A DNA stretch of 64,000 bases from the NCBI GenBank assembly GCA_965227775.1, contig OZ245777.1, positions 864,001-928,000 of the forward strand, written 5' to 3'. A model generated the notes under the pieces. The model made no database searches and had not been told where the DNA came from. It saw only the letters and a list, made by a program, of their open reading frames with translations. This stretch comes from Phycisphaerales bacterium (GTDB lineage: Bacteria > Planctomycetota > Phycisphaerae > Phycisphaerales > UBA1924). A program made the position numbers and the translations under genes. Shown here piece after piece: positions 39,265 to 48,755 of this stretch (position 1 is its first letter; each line of letters begins with the position of its first letter).

Positions 39265-40881
39265 ATGAGTGAAGCCGCGACCGATCAGACGCCCGCCCAC
39301 CCCAACGCCGACAACGAGTTCGTACGCCAGCGCCTTGCCAACCGCGAGGCCATCGCGAACCTCGGCATGAAGCCCTATGGCGTGCGCGAGGACGGGCTGG
39401 TGGAGCTCGCGCGTGCACATGATCTCTACGACGCCGATGCAGACGCGGCGCATCAGCAGGCCGAGGCCGATCGCAAGGCGAAGCTGAAGGAAGATCCGAA
39501 CGCCGACGTGCCCCCTTCGACGGACAACCGCACGCGCGTGCGCGTTGCGGGTCGCGTCGTGCTGCACCGCGACAACGGCAAGCTGGTGTGGCTCAACCTG
39601 CGCGACGCGACCGGCGACCTGCAGATCGCCGTCAGCAAGCGCGACTGCGCCGAAGCGGGCTTCAACCTTGCCAAGCACACGGACCTGGCGGACGTCATCG
39701 TGGCCGAGGGCCCGCTGATGAAGACGCGCGCCGGCGAGCTGACCATCTGGGCCAGCGACCTCCGGCCGGGGTCCAAGAGCATCGAGCCCCCGCCCGAGAA
39801 GCACGCGGGCCTGAGCGATCCCGAGGCGCGCTTCCGTCGGCGGTACGTCGACCTGTGGAGTAACCCCGAGGCGATGGCTCGGCTGGTGCTGCGCGGCAAG
39901 ATCGTGCGCGACGTGCGCGCCTTCATGGAAGAGCGCGGCTTCGCAGAGGTCGAGACGCCCGTGCTGCAGGCGCAGGCCGGCGGCGCTGCCGCGAAGCCGT
40001 TCATCACGCACCTGAACGCGCTGGACATGGACCTGTCGCTGCGCATCGCCCCCGAGCTGCACCTGAAGCGGCTCCTGGTCGCGGGCATGCCGCGTGTGTT
40101 CGAGATGAGCCGCAACTTCAGGAACGAGGGCCTGAGCCGCCGGCACAATCCCGAGTTCACGTCGATGGAGGCCTACCAGGCGTTCGGCGACGCGCACACG
40201 ATGCTCGAGCTGGCCGAGAGCATGGTGCGTCGCCTGGCCGAGATGGTGTGCGCCGACCCGGCGTACAAGGGCCTGTACCCGGAGGCGACGACCAAGGCCA
40301 TGCCCTGGGAAGGACTCGAGATCAACTATGCCGACCCGTTCGTGCAGGTTGAGTATGGCGACCTGTTCGAGAACGCCGTGGGCTGCTCCATGTTTGACGA
40401 GCAAGCCGTGCGCGCGGCTTGCGTGAGCGCTGGCTACGACGATGCGAGCACCACCGACCACTGGCTGTTGGTCGATCGCCTCTTCGAGGACAAGGCCGAA
40501 GAGCTGATCGACACCACGCGACCGACCTTCGTGCTGCACTACCCCAGCGCGACGAGCCCGCTCACGCGCCCGCTCGACGACCGCCCCGAGCTGGCCGGCC
40601 GGTGGGACCTGTTCATCGCGGGCATGGAGATCGGCCCGGCGTACACCGAGCTGAACGACCCGCACGTGCAGGAGGCCAAGTTCCGCCAGCAGCTCGAGGG
40701 CGCCAAGGCCGACGACGACACGTTCCGCACGCTCGACGAAGATTTCCTGCGCGCCCTGCGCGTGGGCATGCCCCCCGCCGGCGGCATCGGCCTGGGCATC
40801 GATCGCCTGGCAATGCTGCTGACCGGCGGTTCGAGCTTGCGGGAGGTGATCCCCTTCCCGTTCATGCGGCCGGAGGCGTGA
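39265..40881 (+). CDS. lysS: Lysine--tRNA ligase (class II)
   Basis: OB fold, RRRYVDL, EVETPVL, LRIAPELHLKRL, FRNEG...HNPEFT and GMPPAGGIGLGIDRL motifs. Confidence 0.97.
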   Translation: MSEAATDQTPAHPNADNEFVRQRLANREAIANLGMKPYGVREDGLVELARAHDLYDADADAAHQQAEADRKAKLKEDPNADVPPSTDNRTRVRVAGRVVLHRDNGKLVWLNLRDATGDLQIAVSKRDCAEAGFNLAKHTDLADVIVAEGPLMKTRAGELTIWASDLRPGSKSIEPPPEKHAGLSDPEARFRRRYVDLWSNPEAMARLVLRGKIVRDVRAFMEERGFAEVETPVLQAQAGGAAAKPFITHLNALDMDLSLRIAPELHLKRLLVAGMPRVFEMSRNFRNEGLSRRHNPEFTSMEAYQAFGDAHTMLELAESMVRRLAEMVCADPAYKGLYPEATTKAMPWEGLEINYADPFVQVEYGDLFENAVGCSMFDEQAVRAACVSAGYDDASTTDHWLLVDRLFEDKAEELIDTTRPTFVLHYPSATSPLTRPLDDRPELAGRWDLFIAGMEIGPAYTELNDPHVQEAKFRQQLEGAKADDDTFRTLDEDFLRALRVGMPPAGGIGLGIDRLAMLLTGGSSLREVIPFPFMRPEA

Positions 40882-43350
40882 CTACGCCGGCACGGGCAAC
40901 CCGCCCACGCCCCAGCCCACCTGGCCGTCGATCGACAGCAGCAAGCCGGTGATCGGCTGCGGTGATTCGAGCACGATCGAGAGCGGCAGGTCGCCCGCGC
41001 GATCGCGCACGGTCGTGATGGTGTCGATCTGTACCGTGCTGAAGCGGCCGGCGTCGACCGACACGCTCTGGACCACCTCTTCGCCACTCAGGAACAAGAA
41101 CCGCACGGTGACGTTCGCGCTCGAGGCCGAATCGTTGTAGATGCCCAGCCGCAGGAACGATCCGGCGTCGCTCGGATCGAACGTGCCCAGCGAGAACGCG
41201 AGGTCGGTGCTGGCGGCCCCGGGAGGCGCGCTGCTGAACGCCTCCTCGCTTGTGCTCTGGACGAACTGCACCACGCCGATGCCCGACGTGAACTCGTAGC
41301 GGTACCCCAGCGCGTTGGGCACCACGAGCGCGCTGCTGTTGCCCGCCGGCACGAAGCGCTCGGCCAGCATCTCGTCGCCCATGCTTGTCGTTGCGATGAC
41401 ATTCAGCCGCGCGACCGAGATGCCCGGGTTGAATACCAGCAGCTCGGTCGTCGAGCCGGGAATCTCGGCCACCGGCACGAAGTTGATCGAGGGCAGCGAG
41501 CCCGGCGTGCCGAGCGCCGTCCAGCCCACGCCGTCGGTCGCGTCGAAGTGCGTGAGCGCGGCGACGATGCCGTCGTGCCCGCCCTGGTCGGCCGGGTCTG
41601 CCGCCTCGCTCGTCAGGATGACACCAAACGCGTTGCCCGCGAGCACCGCGATCTCACCAACGCTCCACCCGCCGCGCGCCTCGGCCCGCACCACCTGGGT
41701 GAGCGTGATCTGCCCCGATGTCGAGACGAACGTCACCTCGATGCGCGCGTCGTGATCGTTGGGGTTGTAGAAGATCAGGAAGTCCGAGACGCTCGTGAAC
41801 GCCTCGGCCCGCGGGAAGTGCCACGTGTCGGCGGTCTGCCGCGTGAAGCTCTCGCTCGTCGTGATGCGCTGGCCGCCGAAGACGTCGGCGTGCTCGAGCG
41901 CCGCACCCAGCGGTGCCGTCGAGCCGAGCACCAGCGCGTAGGGCTCGTTGGCCAGGATCTGGCGGCCGCTCGCCTGCTCGACCGCGAACGCGCCATCGCG
42001 CGCGATGTCGATCATCATCGTCGCGCCCGGCTCGATCACGCGATCAACCACGATCGCGTCGCCGTCTCTGCCCAGGTCGTCGCGCTCGTAGCGAAGCGTG
42101 AGAGTGAACAGCTGTGCGCTATCGGTCGGATTCGAGACGTATACGGCCTGATCGATGTCGGCCGAAGCAAAGCCCTCCGGGTAGTAGGCCACTTCATCGA
42201 ACCCGCCGGTCGCGACGGCCATGTCGTAGCTCGCCGGTGCGGTGCCGATGACCTCGATGGTGTAGAACTGGTCGGTCGCCACCACCGCAAGGCCCGTGAC
42301 GGTGTCGGCCGTGGTGTTCTCGGCGACCAGCAGTCCCTGAGAGTCCCAGAGCCGCAGCGAGACGGGCTGGTCGCTCGTGACGCGGAAGTCGAGCAGGCCG
42401 TCCTCACGAACCTGAACCCAGTGCAACCCCGAGCTCGAGTTGGTTGTGTTGCCCGACGCGACGCCTTCGCCCGTGAACGGGCTGGTCGAGATAAAGGCGC
42501 CCAGGCCCGGCCAACGCATCGCGTCGATCTCCCAGCCAATGTCTTCCATCGCGGCAAAGTCGAGCGGCGTGAGGAGCTTCCGCGTACCGCGCGTGAACGT
42601 CGGATCCATGAGCGTCTCTTGCCCGCCGCTGGTGAGCCCCTCGCGCCAGTGGGCGAGGTCGGAGGCAATGAGTTGCGTGTCGGCACTCACCGACATAGCG
42701 CGCGCACCCATGAACTCGCTGCTGGGCGAGATGAGGTTGAAGAACGCCGGCGAGTCGTCGGTGAAGCCCATCACGTGCATCATCTCGTGCAACGCGACCG
42801 AGTAGAAGTCGTGCTCGTTGCCCTGCTGGCCCGCGGTCGTGACGCCGAAGTGCCAGTTGGTGTCACTGTCGAAGGTGATCGTGCCGCCCCACAGGCTCGT
42901 GTCGGTCTGGCCCGATTCGGGTCCGGTCGCGCCGCTCTGGCCGCGACCTTCGACGTTGTTGAGAAATGCCGAACTGCCGCTCGCTTGCCAGCCGCCTGCG
43001 CCGCCGAGTCCCAGCGTGTCATCCGCTAGGTCGCGCCCACCGACGAACAGAAGCAGCTCGTCCTCGTCGATCGTGGGATTCTCGACCTCGGTGATCGAGC
43101 CCGTGGCCGGGTTGATGAACTGGATGCGCCACGCGTTGCCCCCGTTGGGGATGATGGCGTTGAGCGAGTCGTTGAACAGCGAGCTGACGTAATCGGCCGC
43201 GGCTTCCATAACCACCCGTCGCGCGGGGTCGTCGAAGAACCCGTTGGTGTCGTAGGTGTAGTCCACCTCGATGTTGACGCTCAGCAGCACACGCGGCTCG
43301 AGCGGCTCGAACGCCATCGGCTGGCCAACAACGGACTCGCGAACAGGCAT
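40882..43350 (-). CDS. LEPRxLL-leader extracellular zinc metalloprotease with C-terminal beta-sandwich repeats
   Basis: FEPLEPRVLLS planctomycete leader; HEMMHVMGF...AHW...LMDP metzincin-like motifs; repeated (Y/F)NP...(V/L)T(F/L) modules. Confidence 0.85.
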   Translation of the reverse strand: MPVRESVVGQPMAFEPLEPRVLLSVNIEVDYTYDTNGFFDDPARRVVMEAAADYVSSLFNDSLNAIIPNGGNAWRIQFINPATGSITEVENPTIDEDELLLFVGGRDLADDTLGLGGAGGWQASGSSAFLNNVEGRGQSGATGPESGQTDTSLWGGTITFDSDTNWHFGVTTAGQQGNEHDFYSVALHEMMHVMGFTDDSPAFFNLISPSSEFMGARAMSVSADTQLIASDLAHWREGLTSGGQETLMDPTFTRGTRKLLTPLDFAAMEDIGWEIDAMRWPGLGAFISTSPFTGEGVASGNTTNSSSGLHWVQVREDGLLDFRVTSDQPVSLRLWDSQGLLVAENTTADTVTGLAVVATDQFYTIEVIGTAPASYDMAVATGGFDEVAYYPEGFASADIDQAVYVSNPTDSAQLFTLTLRYERDDLGRDGDAIVVDRVIEPGATMMIDIARDGAFAVEQASGRQILANEPYALVLGSTAPLGAALEHADVFGGQRITTSESFTRQTADTWHFPRAEAFTSVSDFLIFYNPNDHDARIEVTFVSTSGQITLTQVVRAEARGGWSVGEIAVLAGNAFGVILTSEAADPADQGGHDGIVAALTHFDATDGVGWTALGTPGSLPSINFVPVAEIPGSTTELLVFNPGISVARLNVIATTSMGDEMLAERFVPAGNSSALVVPNALGYRYEFTSGIGVVQFVQSTSEEAFSSAPPGAASTDLAFSLGTFDPSDAGSFLRLGIYNDSASSANVTVRFLFLSGEEVVQSVSVDAGRFSTVQIDTITTVRDRAGDLPLSIVLESPQPITGLLLSIDGQVGWGVGGLPVPA

Positions 43351-43399
43351 GCCTCGCTCCTTCTACCTTGGAACCCGATCTCAATGTCCTATCGGCAAT

Positions 43400-44047
43400 T
43401 TATCGACGCAGCACCGCACGCACGGGGCTCGCGTCGAAGCCCACAAGCCGCAGCGGCAACGCGATGAGCTCCCAGATGCCCGGGTCAACCCCATCGAGCA
43501 CGAGCCCCTCGAGGATCGACACGCCGCTTCGAGCGCACGCCGCATGGCCGATAAGGTCCTTTGCGTCGGCCAGATCGACGCTGGGGGTGTCCACCCCCAG
43601 CAGCCGCACCTCGCGTGCCGCGAGCGTTTCGATCATCTCGGGCGTTGGCGCCGCCAGATCGCTCGGGAAGGTCTCCGGGTCTGTGCCCGTGCCGGTCTGC
43701 AGCAGCAAGCGTCCCGGCTGGCCATGCTCGGTGAGCCCGTGGACGGCGTCCAGCCACGCCTCGTCGATCGCATCGATCCCGAATCGTTCGCCCCGCTTCG
43801 CTCGCACCGGCGCAACGACGCACGGGCCGAGATAGAGCTCCAGCGGATGCTGCTCGATGGTTCGGCCCGCAGGCTTGTAGTGGCTCTCGGCATCGGCGTG
43901 CGCGCCGACGTGTACGGTGCTGGTGAGGGTGCTGAGCGTCAGGTGGTCGCCGTTGGCCGTGTCCATCAAGACCTTGCGGCTCAGCGGCGTATCGCCCGGA
44001 AAGACGGCCGTGCGAGGCGAGAGCGGCGGCGAGATATCAACCAGCAT
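43400..44047 (-). CDS. kynB: Cyclase family protein (kynurenine formamidase-like)
   Basis: DISPPL, VFPGD, HVGAHADA, GVDTPSVD and DASPVRAVL motifs. Confidence 0.85.
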   Translation of the reverse strand: MLVDISPPLSPRTAVFPGDTPLSRKVLMDTANGDHLTLSTLTSTVHVGAHADAESHYKPAGRTIEQHPLELYLGPCVVAPVRAKRGERFGIDAIDEAWLDAVHGLTEHGQPGRLLLQTGTGTDPETFPSDLAAPTPEMIETLAAREVRLLGVDTPSVDLADAKDLIGHAACARSGVSILEGLVLDGVDPGIWELIALPLRLVGFDASPVRAVLRR

Positions 44048-44094
44048 GCCCGAGGCTACGCCCTCGTGCCGCGGGTGGAGAGGTCTGCTTCGGA

Positions 44095-44997
44095 CTACTC
44101 GTCGCCGAGCACTTCCACGACCTCGACCAACTCGAAGTCGGCCGAGCACTGCGCCATGTGTCGCAGCAGTGGCACGTGGCCCGCGCCGATGATCACGACC
44201 ACGTCATCGCCCGGCTCGGTGGCGTTGATGATGTTCTGGAATATGCGCAGGTTTCGGTTGTGCCACGTCGTGACGAAGCCGTCCGCGCCGGGATACGAAG
44301 TGCCATCCCCGACGGCGAAGTCTCCCGAGAGATAGCCGCCGTGTGAGGCCTCGAGCTTCGGCGCGGCATTGCGCGAGAGCAAGCTATCGATAAGGTGCCA
44401 CGCATCGATCTGCTTGTCGGCCGCGACCATGTATGGGTACGCCGCGCGTGCGAGCGGTTGGGCGAGCTTGGCCTCTTGGCCGTGGTCTCGGGCCCACTGC
44501 TCGATGTCGGTGCGAGGCTCGAGCCAGCGCATTGGTGCGTCGATCGCCTGCACGCCCTCGAGCCCCTCGCGCTGCGCGAGGCGAAAGCCGAGCTGGTAGA
44601 TCTCGTTGGCGGGCAGCTCCCACTCACCCGAGCCGAACGCCCGGAACCGCTGGTCTAGGTCGCCCTGGCGGTCGGGCCGGGCCTCTACGCACACCACGTC
44701 GGCGTCGAAACCGTCGAGTCGATCGATGACCTCGGCGATCTCCTTCTGCCGGCGTTCGCTGAGCGCATCGAACTGGTGCTGGGGCTTGTACTCGTCGAGC
44801 CCGGCGTCCTTGAAGTGGAAGGTGCCCAAGAGCAGCAGCCGCCTGGGCTTGATGCCCGCCGCCTCGTAGACGGCCGCCACGGTCTCGCTCGCCTCGGCGT
44901 TGATCGCCTCAGCCGTGCGGGCCGGCGGGTCGGCCACCTGAGGCTGGGACGCATAGCTGGCGAGCAGGAACGAGACGAGCCAAAGCAGCATGTTCAT
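44095..44997 (-). CDS. Secreted DUF5694-like (TraB/GumN-like) protein
   Basis: Signal peptide; LLGTFHF, NEIYQLGFRLA, WHNRNLRIFQNI and IGAGHV motifs. Confidence 0.8.
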   Translation of the reverse strand: MNMLLWLVSFLLASYASQPQVADPPARTAEAINAEASETVAAVYEAAGIKPRRLLLLGTFHFKDAGLDEYKPQHQFDALSERRQKEIAEVIDRLDGFDADVVCVEARPDRQGDLDQRFRAFGSGEWELPANEIYQLGFRLAQREGLEGVQAIDAPMRWLEPRTDIEQWARDHGQEAKLAQPLARAAYPYMVAADKQIDAWHLIDSLLSRNAAPKLEASHGGYLSGDFAVGDGTSYPGADGFVTTWHNRNLRIFQNIINATEPGDDVVVIIGAGHVPLLRHMAQCSADFELVEVVEVLGDE

Positions 44998-45208
44998 AGC
45001 GGAGACTCCTTGCAGGCTTCCTTCCCCGCCGGACGCTGCGGATTTCACCCTTCGCCCGCTGGGGTGTCGCGATTCACAACCCGTCCAAAGACCGATTTGT
45101 GCGCGAATCGACCCCTTGACTTGGGCCCACATTGGAGCAATCCTTCTCGTTCCCGCGCACGGCCCTGGTGGAATTCGGGCCGGCGGAGGGATGGAGGACA
45201 ACGCTCTC

Positions 45209-45412
45209 ATGGCGATCCGAATCAAGGCCCGAGGCGGCGAGTCCGTCGAACAGATGATGAAGCGCTTCAAGAAGCTCTGCGAGAAGGAAGGGCTGACCAA
45301 GGACATCAAGCGCAAGGAATTCTTCGAGAAGCCCAGCGAGCGCCGCCGCCGCGCAGCCCGCAAGGCTGTCAACAAGCGCATCCGCGAGATCAGCGGCCCG
45401 CGCCGCGGCTGA
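45209..45412 (+). CDS. rpsU: 30S ribosomal protein S21
   Basis: ESVEQMMKRFKKLCEKEGL...EFFEKPSERRRR. Confidence 0.95.
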   Translation: MAIRIKARGGESVEQMMKRFKKLCEKEGLTKDIKRKEFFEKPSERRRRAARKAVNKRIREISGPRRG

Positions 45413-45423
45413 GCAGCCGCGTC

Positions 45424-45699
45424 ATGGCCAAGCGCCCCGACCTGACGGCCAACCAGCAGAAGATCGTCGGGCGCTACTACGCCAACAAGGACGCCATCAT
45501 CGAGACACGCCTCGGCGAGGTTGTGTCCGAGCTGTACATTGCCACCGCCGAGGGCAAGCAGGCCGCGCTCAAGCGCCTATGGAACAGCGCCCGCGCCGCG
45601 CTGAAGCAGAAGGGCGTCGCCCAGGCGCAGATTGATCGCATCGTGGAAGAGCAGGACCTGAAGGCCCTCGCCGCCTTGGCGGGCCACGTCTCGCGCTGA
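45424..45699 (+). CDS. Small hypothetical protein downstream of rpsU
   Basis: 91-aa ORF (QQKIVGRYYANKD...LGEVVSELY) with typical codon use. Confidence 0.75.
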   Translation: MAKRPDLTANQQKIVGRYYANKDAIIETRLGEVVSELYIATAEGKQAALKRLWNSARAALKQKGVAQAQIDRIVEEQDLKALAALAGHVSR

Positions 45700-45717
45700 G
45701 AAGCTCGCGCGAACGCA

Positions 45718-46965
45718 TCACTCGTTGCTGAGCCGGCCTTCAAGATCGAGCCGAACCCACACGACAGAGTGCAGCACCGGGTGCTCGATGCGCACGCGGA
45801 AGAGCACCATGTCCTCCACGTCCCAGTTGAGCCGATCGCCGATCTGCCGGATCATGCCGGGGTAGGCCGGAAGCTCCGGGACGCTTACCGCGCTACTCCC
45901 GCGCCCGCCGCGCACCAGTCTTTCTGCCACGGGCAGCACCACGCCGGTGTCGTCGCCGGGCCACGCCGTTGTCTCGGGTCTCCGAGACAGCACGCGAAGG
46001 CTCGGGTGTGCGGGGCCGAACGCGTCCTCGGCCAGCAACCGCCGGTCGACGAGCATGTCCTGGTACAGCACCTGGGCGGGAGTCGCAACCTCGTGGATGT
46101 TGCCGACCGCGGCCGTGCCATCGGGCGAGCGGATCGGCAGCCCGCGCGTCATGTCGCACAGATAGCAGCTCACGGCCGACGTCGTGCCAAGTCGATCGAC
46201 ATCGGCAACGAACCTCGTATACCCGTCCTTGCCCACGATCGCGGAGATGGATGGGAGCGGCTCGGTCGAGAACGCCTCGACCAGCCCGACAGGCCCGTGC
46301 GCCGCACCATCGCCGAAGACGGGCTCGCGTGTGCGCACGTTGCCCTCGCCCTGATCGAAGCGGTGCCTCGAAATCTCCAGCGGCACGTCGGGTCGCAGGC
46401 GGCGCAGCCCGGCGAGCCCGCGCAGCGAGCACATCTCGATCTGGTCGGGCGTGTCCGATCGCCGGACGAGCAGCGTGAACAGATCGACATCGCAGCACCG
46501 GCCGACCAGCTCGCGATTGACGCGATACGCGGTCCGCTTCAGTTCGGCGTCGTGGCCGGCGATGCCATCACCGCTCACCGATCGCACCATCAGGTCGAAG
46601 CTGCTGCGATCGTCGGCGTGGTCGCTGACCGCGCCATGGAACAGATCGGTCGCCGCCTGCACGCGATCGGTGATCTCGGTGGGCACGCCCGCCTTGGTCG
46701 CGGCGAGCAGAACCTGCCTCGTCGCCGCCTTGCCGGGCACGCGGGCGCCCGAGCCCAGCGGGTTCTCCGAAGTCGCGACCCGATACACCTGCCACGCCAG
46801 CTTCTTGCTGATGCCCAGCGCCCGTTCGACGCCGATGGCGCCGGAGCCCTCGCGGGGGACGGCCGATAACAACTCGGCGTATGCCGATCGCACGCCCGTG
46901 ATGGCCTCGACGACCGACGCATCGAGCACGTCGACGGCGGCTGAGCTGGGATCGGCGGCGGTCAT
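45718..46965 (-). CDS. Hypothetical cytoplasmic protein with N-terminal HTH-like segment (putative regulator)
   Basis: GVERALGISKKLAWQVYR resembles an HTH recognition helix; no signal peptide or TM. Confidence 0.7.
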   Translation of the reverse strand: MTAADPSSAAVDVLDASVVEAITGVRSAYAELLSAVPREGSGAIGVERALGISKKLAWQVYRVATSENPLGSGARVPGKAATRQVLLAATKAGVPTEITDRVQAATDLFHGAVSDHADDRSSFDLMVRSVSGDGIAGHDAELKRTAYRVNRELVGRCCDVDLFTLLVRRSDTPDQIEMCSLRGLAGLRRLRPDVPLEISRHRFDQGEGNVRTREPVFGDGAAHGPVGLVEAFSTEPLPSISAIVGKDGYTRFVADVDRLGTTSAVSCYLCDMTRGLPIRSPDGTAAVGNIHEVATPAQVLYQDMLVDRRLLAEDAFGPAHPSLRVLSRRPETTAWPGDDTGVVLPVAERLVRGGRGSSAVSVPELPAYPGMIRQIGDRLNWDVEDMVLFRVRIEHPVLHSVVWVRLDLEGRLSNE

Positions 46966-47011
46966 GACAGCATTTATAGCCCGATTCCGCAGGATGCCGA
47001 AACAAACTTGC

Positions 47012-47029
47012 AATATTTCTAGAAATATT
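47012..47029. promoter_or_regulatory. 18-bp perfect palindrome, putative operator
   Basis: AATATTTCTAGAAATATT, just upstream of a TTGTGC-N17-TAGAGT promoter (47041-47069). Confidence 0.65.
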
Positions 47030-47168
47030 TAGGAAACCTCTTGTGCCGATCGTCCGGATCCGTTAGAGTGCCACAGCTACGCGCCGCAAGCGTCTTGCTG
47101 CGGGGGTGGCACGAAACGCGGACCCCATGCACACTGCCCCCGGGCGGCTCGGAGAGGAAGGAACACCA

Positions 47169-48749
47169 ATGCCCAAGAACGCGATCCTCGGTTGTACCAC
47201 GTTGCTGGCCTGCACCGCTCTGTCGTCCCAAGCCGCGGCCCAGGTGCCGGGCTTCGAGACCCGGGACGGCTGGCCCCTGATCATCGCTCCGGGCCCGTCG
47301 GTCGACGGGGGCATGATGGTCAACATGGACGCCGACCCCGAGCTCGAGATGGTCCACGTGGTGCAGGACCGCCTGTTCGCGCTCAACCTCGACGGCACGA
47401 ACGTGCCCGGCTTCCCGCGGTTCCTTACGCCCGGCCAGGGCACGTTCGGCGCGCCGGCGTTCGGTGATATCGACGGTGACGGCGAGGAGGAGATCGTCGT
47501 GCAGACGTTCTTCTTCGGCATCCGCGGCAATGTGTTTGCCATCAACAAGGACGGCTCGACGGTCCCTGGCTTCCCGGTCTCGGTCGGCGGCCCGTTCAAG
47601 AGCCCGGCGCTGGCCGACCTTGACGGCGACGGCGACCTGGAGATCCTCGTCAACGCCAACTCGGGCGGCATCGCCCAGCTCTCGGCCATCGAGGGCGACG
47701 GCACGCAGCGCGACGGGTTCCCGATCGTGCTCGACAACATCTCGAGCGGCGGTTCACCGGCCGTGGGCGACATCAACGGTGACGGTGCGCCTGAGATCGT
47801 CGTCTCGTCGTTCTACACGGTGTACGCGTTCGATGCCGACGGCAACACGCTCTCGGGCTTCCCGTATACGCCCAACGAAGGCGGCACGATCCAGACGTTG
47901 AACTACAACTCGGCCGGGCTTGCCGATCTGGACGGCGATGGCGCTCGCGAGATCGTTTTTGCCACGACCAACGAGGTCGATCCGTTCACCGGGCGCATCT
48001 ACGTGCTCGATTTTGCCGGCAACCTGCGCCCCGGTTGGCCCACCACCACCGAGTTCTCGATCTTCACGCCCCCCACCATCGCCGACATCGATGGCGACGG
48101 CAACCTCGACATTGCCATTGGCGATCGCACCCTGACGCCCGCGCCCGAGGCGAGTATTCAGGTGTGGGACCGCGACGGCGTGCCGCTGCCGGGCTGGCCC
48201 GTGACGGGCGTCGTGGGTGCGGTGCACGCGCAGATCATGGTCGCCGACGTCGATGCCGACGGGTTCGTCGAGCTGCTCGTCGACGACAACACCGCCGTCA
48301 CACCGCTCTTTGGATTCAACCATGACGGCACGCAGATCGACGGGTGGCCGCTGCCCGTGGGCTCGGCTTCCTCGTTCCAGCAATCGCCCACCATCGGTGA
48401 CTTCGACGGCGACGGGTTCATGGACCTCAGCGTGAGCGGCAATGATCTGGTCGACAACCAGACCTACCTGTTCCAGCTCGCCTCGGACACGGTGATGTAC
48501 GACCCCGACCTCGCGCCCGTGCGCACCTACCAGTACAACGTCCGTCGCGACGGCGTGGCCGACAGCATCGAGGCGACGCCCTGCCGTCCCGACTTTGACG
48601 GCGATGGCGCGCTGACGATCTTCGACTTCCTCGCGTTCCAGAACGCCTTCGACGCGGGTGACCTCGTCGCCGACTTCGACGGGGATGGCGCGCTCACAAT
48701 CTTCGACTTTCTGACCTTCCAGAACGAGTTCGACGCCGGCTGCGAGTAA
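47169..48749 (+). CDS. Secreted FG-GAP/VCBS-repeat beta-propeller protein with GC-type dockerin-like C-terminus
   Basis: Signal peptide; about seven DxDGDGxxE/D repeats with G(F/W)P spacers; duplicated DFDGDGALTIFDFLxFQNxFDAG ending in GCE. Confidence 0.9.
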   Translation: MPKNAILGCTTLLACTALSSQAAAQVPGFETRDGWPLIIAPGPSVDGGMMVNMDADPELEMVHVVQDRLFALNLDGTNVPGFPRFLTPGQGTFGAPAFGDIDGDGEEEIVVQTFFFGIRGNVFAINKDGSTVPGFPVSVGGPFKSPALADLDGDGDLEILVNANSGGIAQLSAIEGDGTQRDGFPIVLDNISSGGSPAVGDINGDGAPEIVVSSFYTVYAFDADGNTLSGFPYTPNEGGTIQTLNYNSAGLADLDGDGAREIVFATTNEVDPFTGRIYVLDFAGNLRPGWPTTTEFSIFTPPTIADIDGDGNLDIAIGDRTLTPAPEASIQVWDRDGVPLPGWPVTGVVGAVHAQIMVADVDADGFVELLVDDNTAVTPLFGFNHDGTQIDGWPLPVGSASSFQQSPTIGDFDGDGFMDLSVSGNDLVDNQTYLFQLASDTVMYDPDLAPVRTYQYNVRRDGVADSIEATPCRPDFDGDGALTIFDFLAFQNAFDAGDLVADFDGDGALTIFDFLTFQNEFDAGCE

Positions 48750-48755
48750 GCCGGC

